Below, piece after piece: positions 46,517-55,148 of a DNA stretch of 64,000 nt. The translations under genes were made by a program, and so were the position numbers. A model generated the notes under the pieces. That model searched no databases and was not told where the DNA came from. It saw only the letters and a program-made list of their open reading frames with translations. Each line of letters starts with the position of its first letter. The first letter of the stretch is position 1. The stretch covers positions 3,607-67,606 of the forward strand of contig CAITPB010000195.1 of assembly GCA_903894145.1 (NCBI GenBank), written 5' to 3'. The stretch comes from Candidatus Firestoneibacteriota bacterium. GTDB lineage: Bacteria; Oederibacteriota; D2-FULL-39-29; CAIOVX01.

Positions 46517-47233
46517 CTAGACCTCGATATTAGTGATTTTTGATATGAAATATATCCCTGCAGTTTCTAAGGCAGCCGCCAACAAAAGTATAATGGACCC
46601 GTTTAAAGTATGAAAAAGCGGATGCAGCAATTTTGGGTCTAAGATCCAGAATACGGCCAACAATCCGGCAGGCAGCAACCCTACCACAAGCCCTGAAAGC
46701 TTGCCTTGAGCGGTCAAAGTTTCTATCTTTCCTGTCAACCTCTCCCGTTCTTGGCATGAATCCAGCATGTTAGAAACCAGAGAAGCTATATTGCCGCCGG
46801 AATCTTTTAGCACAGAAACAATAATCGCAAATAACCTCATGTCTTCATTGTCATATTTCCCGGCAGTTTCCGAAAGGGCCCCGTCAAGACTGTTGCCTAA
46901 ATTGTGCGAAGCAAGCACCTCAGAATAAAAACCGGAAACAGGCGCGGCCGTCTTACGGGCAGCTTCTCGAAAGGATTGCAGAAGAGTTTGACCTGAGCGG
47001 AGAGCACTGAGTATTAAGCGAAGGCTTTCAATAAATTGTTTTTCAAGCAACCTTCTTGCTGCTTTTTCCTTCTTATTGTTCAGATATGAATTGATAACCG
47101 GTACACAAGAAGCGAGCAAAAGCGCGAAGGTGATATTGGACAGCATCAGAACAATCACAAAAACAGTTGCCGGGACAATATATTTCGTCCAGTATTTAAA
47201 GCGCACGGCATAATATACAAAATAATAGCGCAT
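46517..47233 (-). CDS. tadB: type II secretion system F-family (TadB-like) inner-membrane platform protein
   Basis: 238 aa. N-terminal TM. T2SSF-like region LRLILSALRSGQTLLQSFREAARKT...LSETAGKYDNE. Two C-terminal TM segments. Confidence 0.65.
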   Translation of the reverse strand: MRYYFVYYAVRFKYWTKYIVPATVFVIVLMLSNITFALLLASCVPVINSYLNNKKEKAARRLLEKQFIESLRLILSALRSGQTLLQSFREAARKTAAPVSGFYSEVLASHNLGNSLDGALSETAGKYDNEDMRLFAIIVSVLKDSGGNIASLVSNMLDSCQERERLTGKIETLTAQGKLSGLVVGLLPAGLLAVFWILDPKLLHPLFHTLNGSIILLLAAALETAGIYFISKITNIEV

Positions 47234-47327
47234 GAGTCAATAATAAACATAAATTCGAAATCTGAAGCAAAAAATTCGGAACAAATCTTTTGCAGTTTCA
47301 AATTTCGCATTTCTTGCTTCGAATTTC

Positions 47328-48464
47328 TTAACTCAGCTTCTTCCTGAATCTCAACGCTGCAAGAATAAATACCGTCGCTCCGAGAATGAACAATGCAAGC
47401 ATCTCCGGCCAAAGGATAGCGAATCCGGCTCCTTTTAGAAATATTCCCCTTATTATTGTAAAGAAATATCTGAGCGGCAGTAAATATGACATCCATTGGA
47501 TTTCAACCGGCATATTGGATATAGGGAAAGCGAATCCAGATATCATAATTGACGGCAATATGAATATTACGCTTGATAGCATCGCCTGCTGCTGTGTTTT
47601 TGATATTGTTGATATAAAGAGCCCTACGCCAAGCGTATTCAGCAGGAACAAGAATGATGCAAAAAACAGAGTGAAGATATTTCCTTTAAGCGTAATATTA
47701 AAAACCAGCAGGCCTCCTGTTATTATAAGGAATACAATCATCATTCCGATTAAGGCAAAAGGTATGGTCTTTCCGATGATAACTTCGTAGGAGCGCAGCG
47801 GCGAAACAATAATCTGTTCAATAGTTCCGGATTCCTTCTCTTTCGTAATAGACATGGATGTGAGCAGTATGGTTATGAGAGTCAGAATAAGCCCTATTTC
47901 TCCCGGTATCATGTAATTGGCGCTTTTCATTTCAGGGTTGTACATTACCCGGGGCTCCGGTTCGATTAGCGGGATCTTTATGGCGCTGCCGCGGGCGGCC
48001 TTCATTCTTGAGATATTTTCGTCACGCAGCCTGCTGTTTTCTAAATTGACTATCTGTCCCATGTAACCGAAAGCAATATTAGTAAGATTTGAATCACTTC
48101 CGTCAGCGATAATCTCAAGACTGGCTTTTTCTCCGCGCTTAATATTTTTGGAATAATCCGGCGGGAAATACAGGACAAGATCGCATCTCCCGCTCTTGAA
48201 AGCGTGTTCCATTGCCGCGTCATTCGCAACAACTCCGGAATCGTCAAAATACCCGCTTATGACCGCCTTTCTTATCATCTCTCTGCTTTCAAAAGACCTG
48301 TCATTATCCCAAACACCAAGCGCGATGTGTTTTACATCCGTGGTAACCGCGTATCCAAGCATTATAAGCTGCATCACGGGAGCAATAAAAATCAGTCCGA
48401 TCATTCGCTTGTCGCGGAAAGTTTGAATTAATTCCTTTCGGACCAGTTCTATTATCCTTCTCAT
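47328..48464 (-). CDS. ABC-2 type exporter permease
   Basis: 378 aa. N-terminal TM, large periplasmic loop, and a C-terminal 5-TM ABC-2 region. Confidence 0.8.
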   Translation of the reverse strand: MRRIIELVRKELIQTFRDKRMIGLIFIAPVMQLIMLGYAVTTDVKHIALGVWDNDRSFESREMIRKAVISGYFDDSGVVANDAAMEHAFKSGRCDLVLYFPPDYSKNIKRGEKASLEIIADGSDSNLTNIAFGYMGQIVNLENSRLRDENISRMKAARGSAIKIPLIEPEPRVMYNPEMKSANYMIPGEIGLILTLITILLTSMSITKEKESGTIEQIIVSPLRSYEVIIGKTIPFALIGMMIVFLIITGGLLVFNITLKGNIFTLFFASFLFLLNTLGVGLFISTISKTQQQAMLSSVIFILPSIMISGFAFPISNMPVEIQWMSYLLPLRYFFTIIRGIFLKGAGFAILWPEMLALFILGATVFILAALRFRKKLS

Positions 48465-49603
48465 CCAATATTCCTCTTAAATCGCCCTGAAGCTATAAAA
48501 ATCAAGAGCACTCCCATGACAAACAAAATCACGGTTTCCAGCATCAAAGCGCCCCAGCCGCTTCCTCTCAAAAATATACCCCGTAAGACAATCAGAAAGT
48601 ATTTTGCAGGAAGAATAACCGTAACACCCCGGATAATCGCCGGCATGCTTTTAATGGGGAAAAGAAATCCGGAGAGGATAAACCCCGGAAGCACAGACAG
48701 CAGCATCGAAAGTTGTATTGCTATCTGCTGATTGTCAGATACCGCAGAGACCAGGAGGCCGATGCCCAGCCCGCAAAAAGCAAAGATGCCCGAGGCAAAG
48801 AACAGCAGAAGTAAATCCCCTTTAAGCGGCACATTGAAGATAAAAACTCCGGCAAGGACTATCATTAACATGTCCGCCATGCCAATTGTCCAGTATGGGA
48901 TCATTTTGCCGACAAGAATATCCCTTGGCGTTGCCGGAGTAACCAGCAGTTGTTCGAGGGTTCCCTGCTCTCTCTCCTTGACTACCGTGAGCGAAGTGAG
49001 TATCGCCAGAATGATTGACATAATTACCGCGATAATACCGGGTATTATGAAATTACGGCTCCTCATGCTCGGATTGTACACGGCCATTTGCCTTGCTTCA
49101 ATAAAACCCGCATCTTTTCTGAGCGTCATACCATTCTTGTTCAAGGCATCAAGAACAATGTTTCCGGTATAGGCGGCAACGGCGGCATTAGCGTAGTTAA
49201 GCGTGATATTTGCGCTGTTCGATTCCGTCCCGTCAACAAGGATTTGCAGTGAATTACGCTCGCCGCGGGCAATACGTTTCGCAAAACCAGGCGGGATTAT
49301 AAGTCCCGCCTTTATATCGCCTTTATCCATTCCATCTTCCATTTCTTTTTCATTCCCGGGAATAGCCGCAAGGTCAAAATATCCGCTTGCCGTTATGGCC
49401 GCGATAAGCTCCCTGCTGGCAAGAGTTCTGTCATGGTCGATTACCGCAAGTTTGATATGGTCTATGTCCAGAGTAATTGCGTAGGCAAAAATGAAGAGAA
49501 AGACAAGCGGAAGGATAAGGGCGATTATGAGGGACCTTACGTCGCGGACGACATGAAGAGCCTCTTTTTTTGCTATGGCCAGCACTCTGCCGTTGATAAT
49601 CAT
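48461..49603 (-). CDS. ABC-2 type exporter permease (paralogue)
   Basis: 380 aa with the same architecture. 4-nt overlap with the downstream paralogue. Confidence 0.8.
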   Translation of the reverse strand: MIINGRVLAIAKKEALHVVRDVRSLIIALILPLVFLFIFAYAITLDIDHIKLAVIDHDRTLASRELIAAITASGYFDLAAIPGNEKEMEDGMDKGDIKAGLIIPPGFAKRIARGERNSLQILVDGTESNSANITLNYANAAVAAYTGNIVLDALNKNGMTLRKDAGFIEARQMAVYNPSMRSRNFIIPGIIAVIMSIILAILTSLTVVKEREQGTLEQLLVTPATPRDILVGKMIPYWTIGMADMLMIVLAGVFIFNVPLKGDLLLLFFASGIFAFCGLGIGLLVSAVSDNQQIAIQLSMLLSVLPGFILSGFLFPIKSMPAIIRGVTVILPAKYFLIVLRGIFLRGSGWGALMLETVILFVMGVLLIFIASGRFKRNIG

Positions 49604-50332
49604 TTATTCCATGCCCCTTATGAGATTGACGAAGAGCATTTCAAGGTTGCTTACCTTGTTTGCTGTCTTAAGTTCCGACGGCGTACCAATCGCGACTATC
49701 TTCCCTCTATAGATCATCGCTATTCTGTCGCAAAACTCAACTTCATCCATATAATGTGTGGTTACAAATATCGTAGTCCCGGATTCCGCGAGTTGCCTGA
49801 TGAGGGACCAGAATTCTCTCCTGGATATAGGGTCAACCCCGGCAGTGGGTTCGTCCAGAAAAACAACTTTCGGGGCGTGTATTATTGCGCAGCCGAGCGA
49901 AAGCCGCTGCCTCCATCCGCCTGACAGCGAACCAGTCAGGTAACTTTCTTTACCTGACAGTCCTGACATTTCAAGTATCCAGGCTTTCCTGCTAAGTAAT
50001 TGTTTCTGTGCAAGACCGTGAATGCCGGCGTAGAAATTGATATTCTCTGCTACCGTAAGATCGTCATAAAGCGAGAATTTCTGGGACATGTAGCCAATAA
50101 CAGTTTTTATCTTTTCCGACTCGTTCTTTATGCTGAAACCTTCGACGGTGCCTTCACCGGATGTTTGATCAAGTATTCCGCAAAGCATCCTGATGGTTGT
50201 AGATTTCCCCGCGCCGTTTGGCCCGATAAAACCGAATATTTCCCCTTTGGCGACGGAAAAGGTTATATCATCAACTGCGGCAAAACTGCCGAATCTCTTA
50301 ATAAGATTAATTACCTGAACGGACATTTGCAT
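49604..50332 (-). CDS. ABC transporter ATP-binding protein (exporter)
   Basis: GPNGAGKST Walker A. LSGGWRQRLSL signature. Walker B LDEPT. Confidence 0.85.
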   Translation of the reverse strand: MQMSVQVINLIKRFGSFAAVDDITFSVAKGEIFGFIGPNGAGKSTTIRMLCGILDQTSGEGTVEGFSIKNESEKIKTVIGYMSQKFSLYDDLTVAENINFYAGIHGLAQKQLLSRKAWILEMSGLSGKESYLTGSLSGGWRQRLSLGCAIIHAPKVVFLDEPTAGVDPISRREFWSLIRQLAESGTTIFVTTHYMDEVEFCDRIAMIYRGKIVAIGTPSELKTANKVSNLEMLFVNLIRGME

Positions 50333-50371
50333 CTATTTCCCCTCTTGCTCTCTCACAAAAATATTTTACTT

Positions 50372-50437
50372 TATGAACCCTATGAACTCTTCATGCTTTA
50401 CGTTATAAACGTAACAAACGTTAAGAACGTTATAAAC
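50372..50437. repeat. repeat-rich AT-rich element in the 154-nt gap between the two ABC ATPase genes
   Basis: TATGAAC x2 (50372-50378, 50381-50387). ACGTTATAAAC x2 (50400-50410, 50427-50437). Four ACGT/AACGTT cores about 9-10 nt apart. Confidence 0.5.
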
Positions 50438-50486
50438 TTTTCTTGACAAGACACACGAACTGCGGCTTATAAACCATATTAACTTT

Positions 50487-51233
50487 TCAAACCTTATTAA
50501 CCATACTATTTTTTTGTCTTTCCATCTCACTAATAAATATTTCTTCGAAGCGCTTGCCGCCGGTCAATAAACTGTCGAGTTTAGCCACTTTTAAGATTGT
50601 TCCATCGAAGAGCAAACCAACCCGGCCGCATCTTTCAACTTCATCCATGTATGAGGTAGTCACTAATATGCTAACACGCCTTTCCTTGTTTAGCTTAATC
50701 AGCATTTCCCAGAGTTCCTGCCTGGATAATGGGTCGACGCCAATGGTTGGTTCGTCAAGTATCAGTAGTTTTGGAATATTTATCAGCGCGCAGGCAAGGG
50801 CGAGTTTTTTTTGCATGCCTCCGGAAAGTTTGCCGGCAGGACGTCCCTTGAAGTTTTCAAGCCTGCTGAACGCGTAAAGTTCCTTTTTGACACGTTCCCG
50901 TTCATTAGAGCATACGTCGTATAGGTCAGCGAAAAAGTTTATGTTCTCTTCGACGGATAAATCCTGATAAAGGCTGAATTTCTGCGGCATATATCCGATA
51001 ATCTTCTTGCTCTCTTCCGGCTGCCTTTTTACATTGAACCCGCCTACGGTAACACTTCCCGAATCAATCTTCATCACTCCTGCGGCAATCCTTACAGTAG
51101 TTGTCTTTCCTGCCCCGTCTGGGCCGACAAGTCCGAATATTTCGCCTTCTTCAACGGAGAAACTAATCCCCTTAAGGGCTTGATTAGTGCCAAAGGATTT
51201 ACGCAATGAATCAATTTCAATTATTTGAGACAT
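50487..51233 (-). CDS. ABC transporter ATP-binding protein (exporter, second ATPase)
   Basis: GPDGAGKTT Walker A. LSGGMQKKLAL signature. Confidence 0.85.
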   Translation of the reverse strand: MSQIIEIDSLRKSFGTNQALKGISFSVEEGEIFGLVGPDGAGKTTTVRIAAGVMKIDSGSVTVGGFNVKRQPEESKKIIGYMPQKFSLYQDLSVEENINFFADLYDVCSNERERVKKELYAFSRLENFKGRPAGKLSGGMQKKLALACALINIPKLLILDEPTIGVDPLSRQELWEMLIKLNKERRVSILVTTSYMDEVERCGRVGLLFDGTILKVAKLDSLLTGGKRFEEIFISEMERQKNSMVNKV

Positions 51234-52050
51234 TTATCACCGCATCGGCAGGCATCCCGGGTTTAAACATGCCGTCTTTATTATCCAGCGCTATTTTTAC
51301 GGCATAAACCAGCCTTACCCTGTCCTCTTTTGTCTGCACGTTCTTAGGCGTAAATTCGGCCTTTGATGAAATATACGTTACAGTTCCCTGCATTTCTTTT
51401 CCAGGAAAACTGTCTATCATTACCCTTGCCGCGGCGCCGAGTTTAACCTTTCCTATTTTATACTCGGGGATGTAGATTTTTAGCCAGGGTTGTGACAGAT
51501 TCCCGATTGTCAGCAAAGACATGCCGGGGGAAGCTATCTCTCCGGCCTCGGCATTCTTCTGAAGCACAACTCCGTCTATCGGGGAATAGAGAAAAGCGTT
51601 CTCAGCCTGCGCCTTAATCTGATTTAAGTTCTGAACCGCTGATTCGTACTGGTGAGAAGTCACCTGAAACAGGGTTTCATCACGATCAAAAGCCTGTTTT
51701 GAATAGCCGCCGGCCCTGTACAATTCTTTAGCCCGCTTATAATTCTCCCCTGCATTTCCGGCTTGCAGTTTAAGCTGCTGGGCCTGCTGGTCAGCTGACT
51801 CCTGCTGGGCTTTCAATTCGTCGTGAGCCAGTACCGCAAGCAGCTGGCCGGCCTTGACGCTGTCGCCTTCATTAATATTTAGTTGTTCGATTCTCCCGGA
51901 TATCTTCCCTGATATTTCCACTTCCGTCACCTCAATCGTCCCCGAGCCAGCGGCTTCCGGCGTTCCTAAACTGCCCTTAATCTTGTATACAAGGTATCCT
52001 GCGGCAAGCAGGAAGAGAATGACCACAGGAATCAACGCTTTTTTATTCAT
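51217..52050 (-). CDS. HlyD-family membrane-fusion (periplasmic adaptor) protein
   Basis: N-terminal TM. Coiled-coil QQAQQLKLQAGNAGENYKRAKELY. Barrel-sandwich and beta-barrel regions. Confidence 0.8.
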   Translation of the reverse strand: MNKKALIPVVILFLLAAGYLVYKIKGSLGTPEAAGSGTIEVTEVEISGKISGRIEQLNINEGDSVKAGQLLAVLAHDELKAQQESADQQAQQLKLQAGNAGENYKRAKELYRAGGYSKQAFDRDETLFQVTSHQYESAVQNLNQIKAQAENAFLYSPIDGVVLQKNAEAGEIASPGMSLLTIGNLSQPWLKIYIPEYKIGKVKLGAAARVMIDSFPGKEMQGTVTYISSKAEFTPKNVQTKEDRVRLVYAVKIALDNKDGMFKPGMPADAVINVSNN

Positions 52051-52097
52051 AGAACCTCCATTTTTATCTTACCGGCAGCTGAAGCCGATGCATACTG

Positions 52098-53417
52098 TTA
52101 CTTGCCGCGGGGATTAAGGCCGGTGATCCTTTCTATACCCGCTTCTATTACTTCCCTGTCATACAGCGCCTGCAGGTATCCTATGCGCGCGTTCATTAAC
52201 GAGAGCTCGGCGTCTATTACCTCAAGGTTTGTCATTGTGCCGCTTTTAAAACCCACCTGCGCGATTTTATGATACTCTTCTGCCTGAGCGATGGCGTCTT
52301 TTTGCGCCTCAATCCTTTCTTTTGCTTCAAAGAGCGAGAAAACTAGTTGTTTTAATTCAGATGATGTAGATTCTTCAAGCCTTTTTGCCGCGATTTCAGC
52401 GGTTGCCAGATCTGACTCCGCCAGTGTTACTTTCGCAGCCGCAAAGTTTCCGTCAAACAAAGGCACACTAAGATTAACTCCGGCATTCCAGCTCTGCGTC
52501 CAGCTAAGCTGAGTATAATAGGGATTCTGGTAGTTATAGGAAGCAAAACCTGTCAGCGACGGTTTGTCCAGAGTTCCGGCTGACTCAACCGCTTTTCTCG
52601 CTGATTCAATCCGCAATCTGGCGGCCAAAAGTTCCGGCCTGGTGGCAAGCGCAATCTTCAGTTTCGACTCATAATCCGGCAGCTGTATAGAGCGCTCAAT
52701 CAGTTTTCCGGAAACATCTATATCTTCGGCAAGCTTAATTCCCAGCGCTATCTTTAAGCTGAGTTTTGCCATTTCAAGGTTATTCTTCGCTTTTGAAACA
52801 GCAGGTTTAAGATTGCTTACCAGTACTTTAGACCTTAGGACTTCATAGGAAGACGACGCGCCTTCTTTATACTTACGTGAAGCGTCCTCAAGGTGTTGGC
52901 CGGCTACTTTCAGGGATTCTTCGTTTACCGCTAGAGTTTCGTTAGCGAACACAACACCAAAATACGACTGTTTAACGGAATAAATAACCGTGCGGGAAAC
53001 CGACTCGAAGTCTCTTTCCGCAGCGGAATTAGCCGCCCCCGCGGCATAGACATTGTCGGACATCCTGCCCCAATCAAATAATTGGTCCGTAAGCTGGGCC
53101 CGCAGGAGCCAGTTGTCATTTGCGCCCGTCACCACTGTTTTTTCTACGCTTGTGAAAGGCCCTGTGGGTATGCTAATGCTCATCGACGGAACGGAAGAAA
53201 TATAGTTATAGCCTCCCGAAAGGGTTATTTTAGGCAGAGCCGCGCTTATTACTTCCGAATTTCTGCCGGCAGACGCCTTCGTTGCTTCTCTTGCGGTAAG
53301 TATTTGAGTGTTGTTTTTTAGCCCCAACGATATTGCTTCTTCAAGAGTAAGGGCTGCGCAGGCAGCCGGCAGATAAAACGCGCAAACAAGCAGCTGGACG
53401 AATATCTTTCGCCTCAT
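52098..53417 (-). CDS. tolC: TolC-family outer-membrane efflux protein
   Basis: Signal peptide. Two repeated OEP halves with characteristic coiled-coil and beta segments. Confidence 0.8.
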   Translation of the reverse strand: MRRKIFVQLLVCAFYLPAACAALTLEEAISLGLKNNTQILTAREATKASAGRNSEVISAALPKITLSGGYNYISSVPSMSISIPTGPFTSVEKTVVTGANDNWLLRAQLTDQLFDWGRMSDNVYAAGAANSAAERDFESVSRTVIYSVKQSYFGVVFANETLAVNEESLKVAGQHLEDASRKYKEGASSSYEVLRSKVLVSNLKPAVSKAKNNLEMAKLSLKIALGIKLAEDIDVSGKLIERSIQLPDYESKLKIALATRPELLAARLRIESARKAVESAGTLDKPSLTGFASYNYQNPYYTQLSWTQSWNAGVNLSVPLFDGNFAAAKVTLAESDLATAEIAAKRLEESTSSELKQLVFSLFEAKERIEAQKDAIAQAEEYHKIAQVGFKSGTMTNLEVIDAELSLMNARIGYLQALYDREVIEAGIERITGLNPRGK

Positions 53418-54043
53418 TTTTCAACCTCCGAGTTCCGTGCAGCGTGGAATACTTTTCTTCCTTTCTCGGTCAAAGCCCCTACAAACACCAGCTCGAAAAT
53501 ACCTCTAAGGAGTTCCGCCGCGGAATAGCTGGATTCGGAAAGCGAATCGGGATTTATGGTGCCGTCCACCAGGTTCAGAAATATTACAAGAAATATTCCT
53601 TCATTGAAGTCGTTCCTTATATAGCCCCGCGATTTGCCGGTTTTTATAAGGGTCGAAATATTGGCCGAGAGTTTTTCCCTCCTAAACACTTCTATCTTCT
53701 GCCACAGCGAACGCGCGTTCTTCCTGACATCTCGAAGAAATTCCGGTTTAAGAGAGGTCACGGTCTCAAGAACTATTTTCCTGACAGAAAAGAGTTTTTC
53801 AGGAAATAACGTTGATTCGTCATTAACAGTTTTTTCTATTCTTAAACCGGTGTCTCCAAGCATCTGAAAGAGGGAGGCTTCAAGCAGTTCTTCTTTTGAA
53901 TCAAAATGCTTATACAACGTCTTTTTGCTAACGCCTATTGACCTGGCTATATCGTCAGTCGTGACTTTTGAGAATCCTCTTGCGAGAAAAAGCTTTCTCG
54001 CTTTATCAAGTATGTTTGACCTGGTTTCATCTTTTTTTGTCAT
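53414..54043 (-). CDS. TetR/AcrR-family transcriptional regulator
   Basis: N-terminal HTH ...TTDDIARSIGVSKKTLYKHF... Overlaps the tolC start by 4 nt. Confidence 0.85.
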   Translation of the reverse strand: MTKKDETRSNILDKARKLFLARGFSKVTTDDIARSIGVSKKTLYKHFDSKEELLEASLFQMLGDTGLRIEKTVNDESTLFPEKLFSVRKIVLETVTSLKPEFLRDVRKNARSLWQKIEVFRREKLSANISTLIKTGKSRGYIRNDFNEGIFLVIFLNLVDGTINPDSLSESSYSAAELLRGIFELVFVGALTEKGRKVFHAARNSEVEK

Positions 54044-54125
54044 TTGGACACCCCGGAAACTATATCAGTTTCCTCAGTTTCCATTATAACATAATTATGG
54101 CGCCTGTCAAGGCGCAATGTGTTGT

Positions 54126-55148
54126 TTATTGTCCTTTTAAATATTTCATGGCAGCTTCTTTAACCACAACAACGCTTATCGCATCCATGCATTTGAAATC
54201 CGCGCACGCGACCTTTTCGCAAGGCATACAGTCAAGATCCGCCTGAAGCACAGTCTGCCTTCCATATACCGGGTCTACCCAGGCCCTGCTGTCGGTAGCC
54301 CCGAAAATACTGACAACGTTGGCTCCTGCAGCGACAGCCAGATGCTGCGTAAATGTCGTTCCCGTTACAACTACGGCGCTTTTTTTAAGAAGCCAGCCGA
54401 GCTGTTTAATTCCTGTTTGAGGCGCGACTATCACGTTCTGTCCGGCCGCCTCCTTAACGGCCTTTGCTCCTTCCTCCTGACCTGGGCCCCAGGCTATCAC
54501 TACCGGGAATCCCGCCATTGCAAGAAGCGAGGCAAGTTCTATATATCTTTGACGAGGCCATTCCCTGGTGGGCGCGCTCGCAAAAGGATTCAGAACGGCG
54601 TATTTATTTTCCTGCAGATTTGCTTTATTTAAAAAGGCGTCAATATATGTCTCAGATTCTTTTCCCAGCATGATATCAGTTTTGCCGCCTGACCCGGACG
54701 CCCCGGCAGCCGAAGCAACACGTAGCCAAACTTCAGCGTTATAGATAATTTCAGGAGAACCATAAACAATCTTATCATAGAATATATTCCTGCTTCCGCT
54801 CGATAAGCCTACGCGTACCCTTGCTCCGCTTAGAAAAGAAAGCAAGGCGCTTCGTAAGTTTCCGTACATATCAATCACCAGGTCATACTTATTGTCCATA
54901 ACCTTCAGGATTAGGTCCAAATCGCGCGCAACGGGAAAACCGTTTGTTTTATCGAAGACAAGCAGCTCGTCAATAAATTTCTGTCCTTCAAGTATCTCCT
55001 CTCCGCCTCTGTTGACCAGCACGTTAAGAAGAGCAGCCGGATAGGCTTCTTTTACGGACCTCATCGCGGGAACGGAGAGCAGAATGTCTCCCAAGGCGCG
55101 GAATTTAATAATGAGTATTTTCTTAACGGACTCTTTTTGAATCATCAT
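54126..55148 (-). CDS. glycosyltransferase family 9 (LPS heptosyltransferase-like)
   Basis: KILIIKFRALGDILLSVPAMRSVKE N-terminal GT9 motif. C-terminal GT9 region. Confidence 0.8.
   Translation of the reverse strand: MMIQKESVKKILIIKFRALGDILLSVPAMRSVKEAYPAALLNVLVNRGGEEILEGQKFIDELLVFDKTNGFPVARDLDLILKVMDNKYDLVIDMYGNLRSALLSFLSGARVRVGLSSGSRNIFYDKIVYGSPEIIYNAEVWLRVASAAGASGSGGKTDIMLGKESETYIDAFLNKANLQENKYAVLNPFASAPTREWPRQRYIELASLLAMAGFPVVIAWGPGQEEGAKAVKEAAGQNVIVAPQTGIKQLGWLLKKSAVVVTGTTFTQHLAVAAGANVVSIFGATDSRAWVDPVYGRQTVLQADLDCMPCEKVACADFKCMDAISVVVVKEAAMKYLKGQ

Noticed and set aside
50444-50472. Plus-strand TTGACA-17-CTTATA promoter-like sequence in the ATPase-ATPase spacer
   Set aside because: No plus-strand gene lies downstream (only a shadow ORF). 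More likely part of a minus-strand regulatory element. Not called as a promoter.
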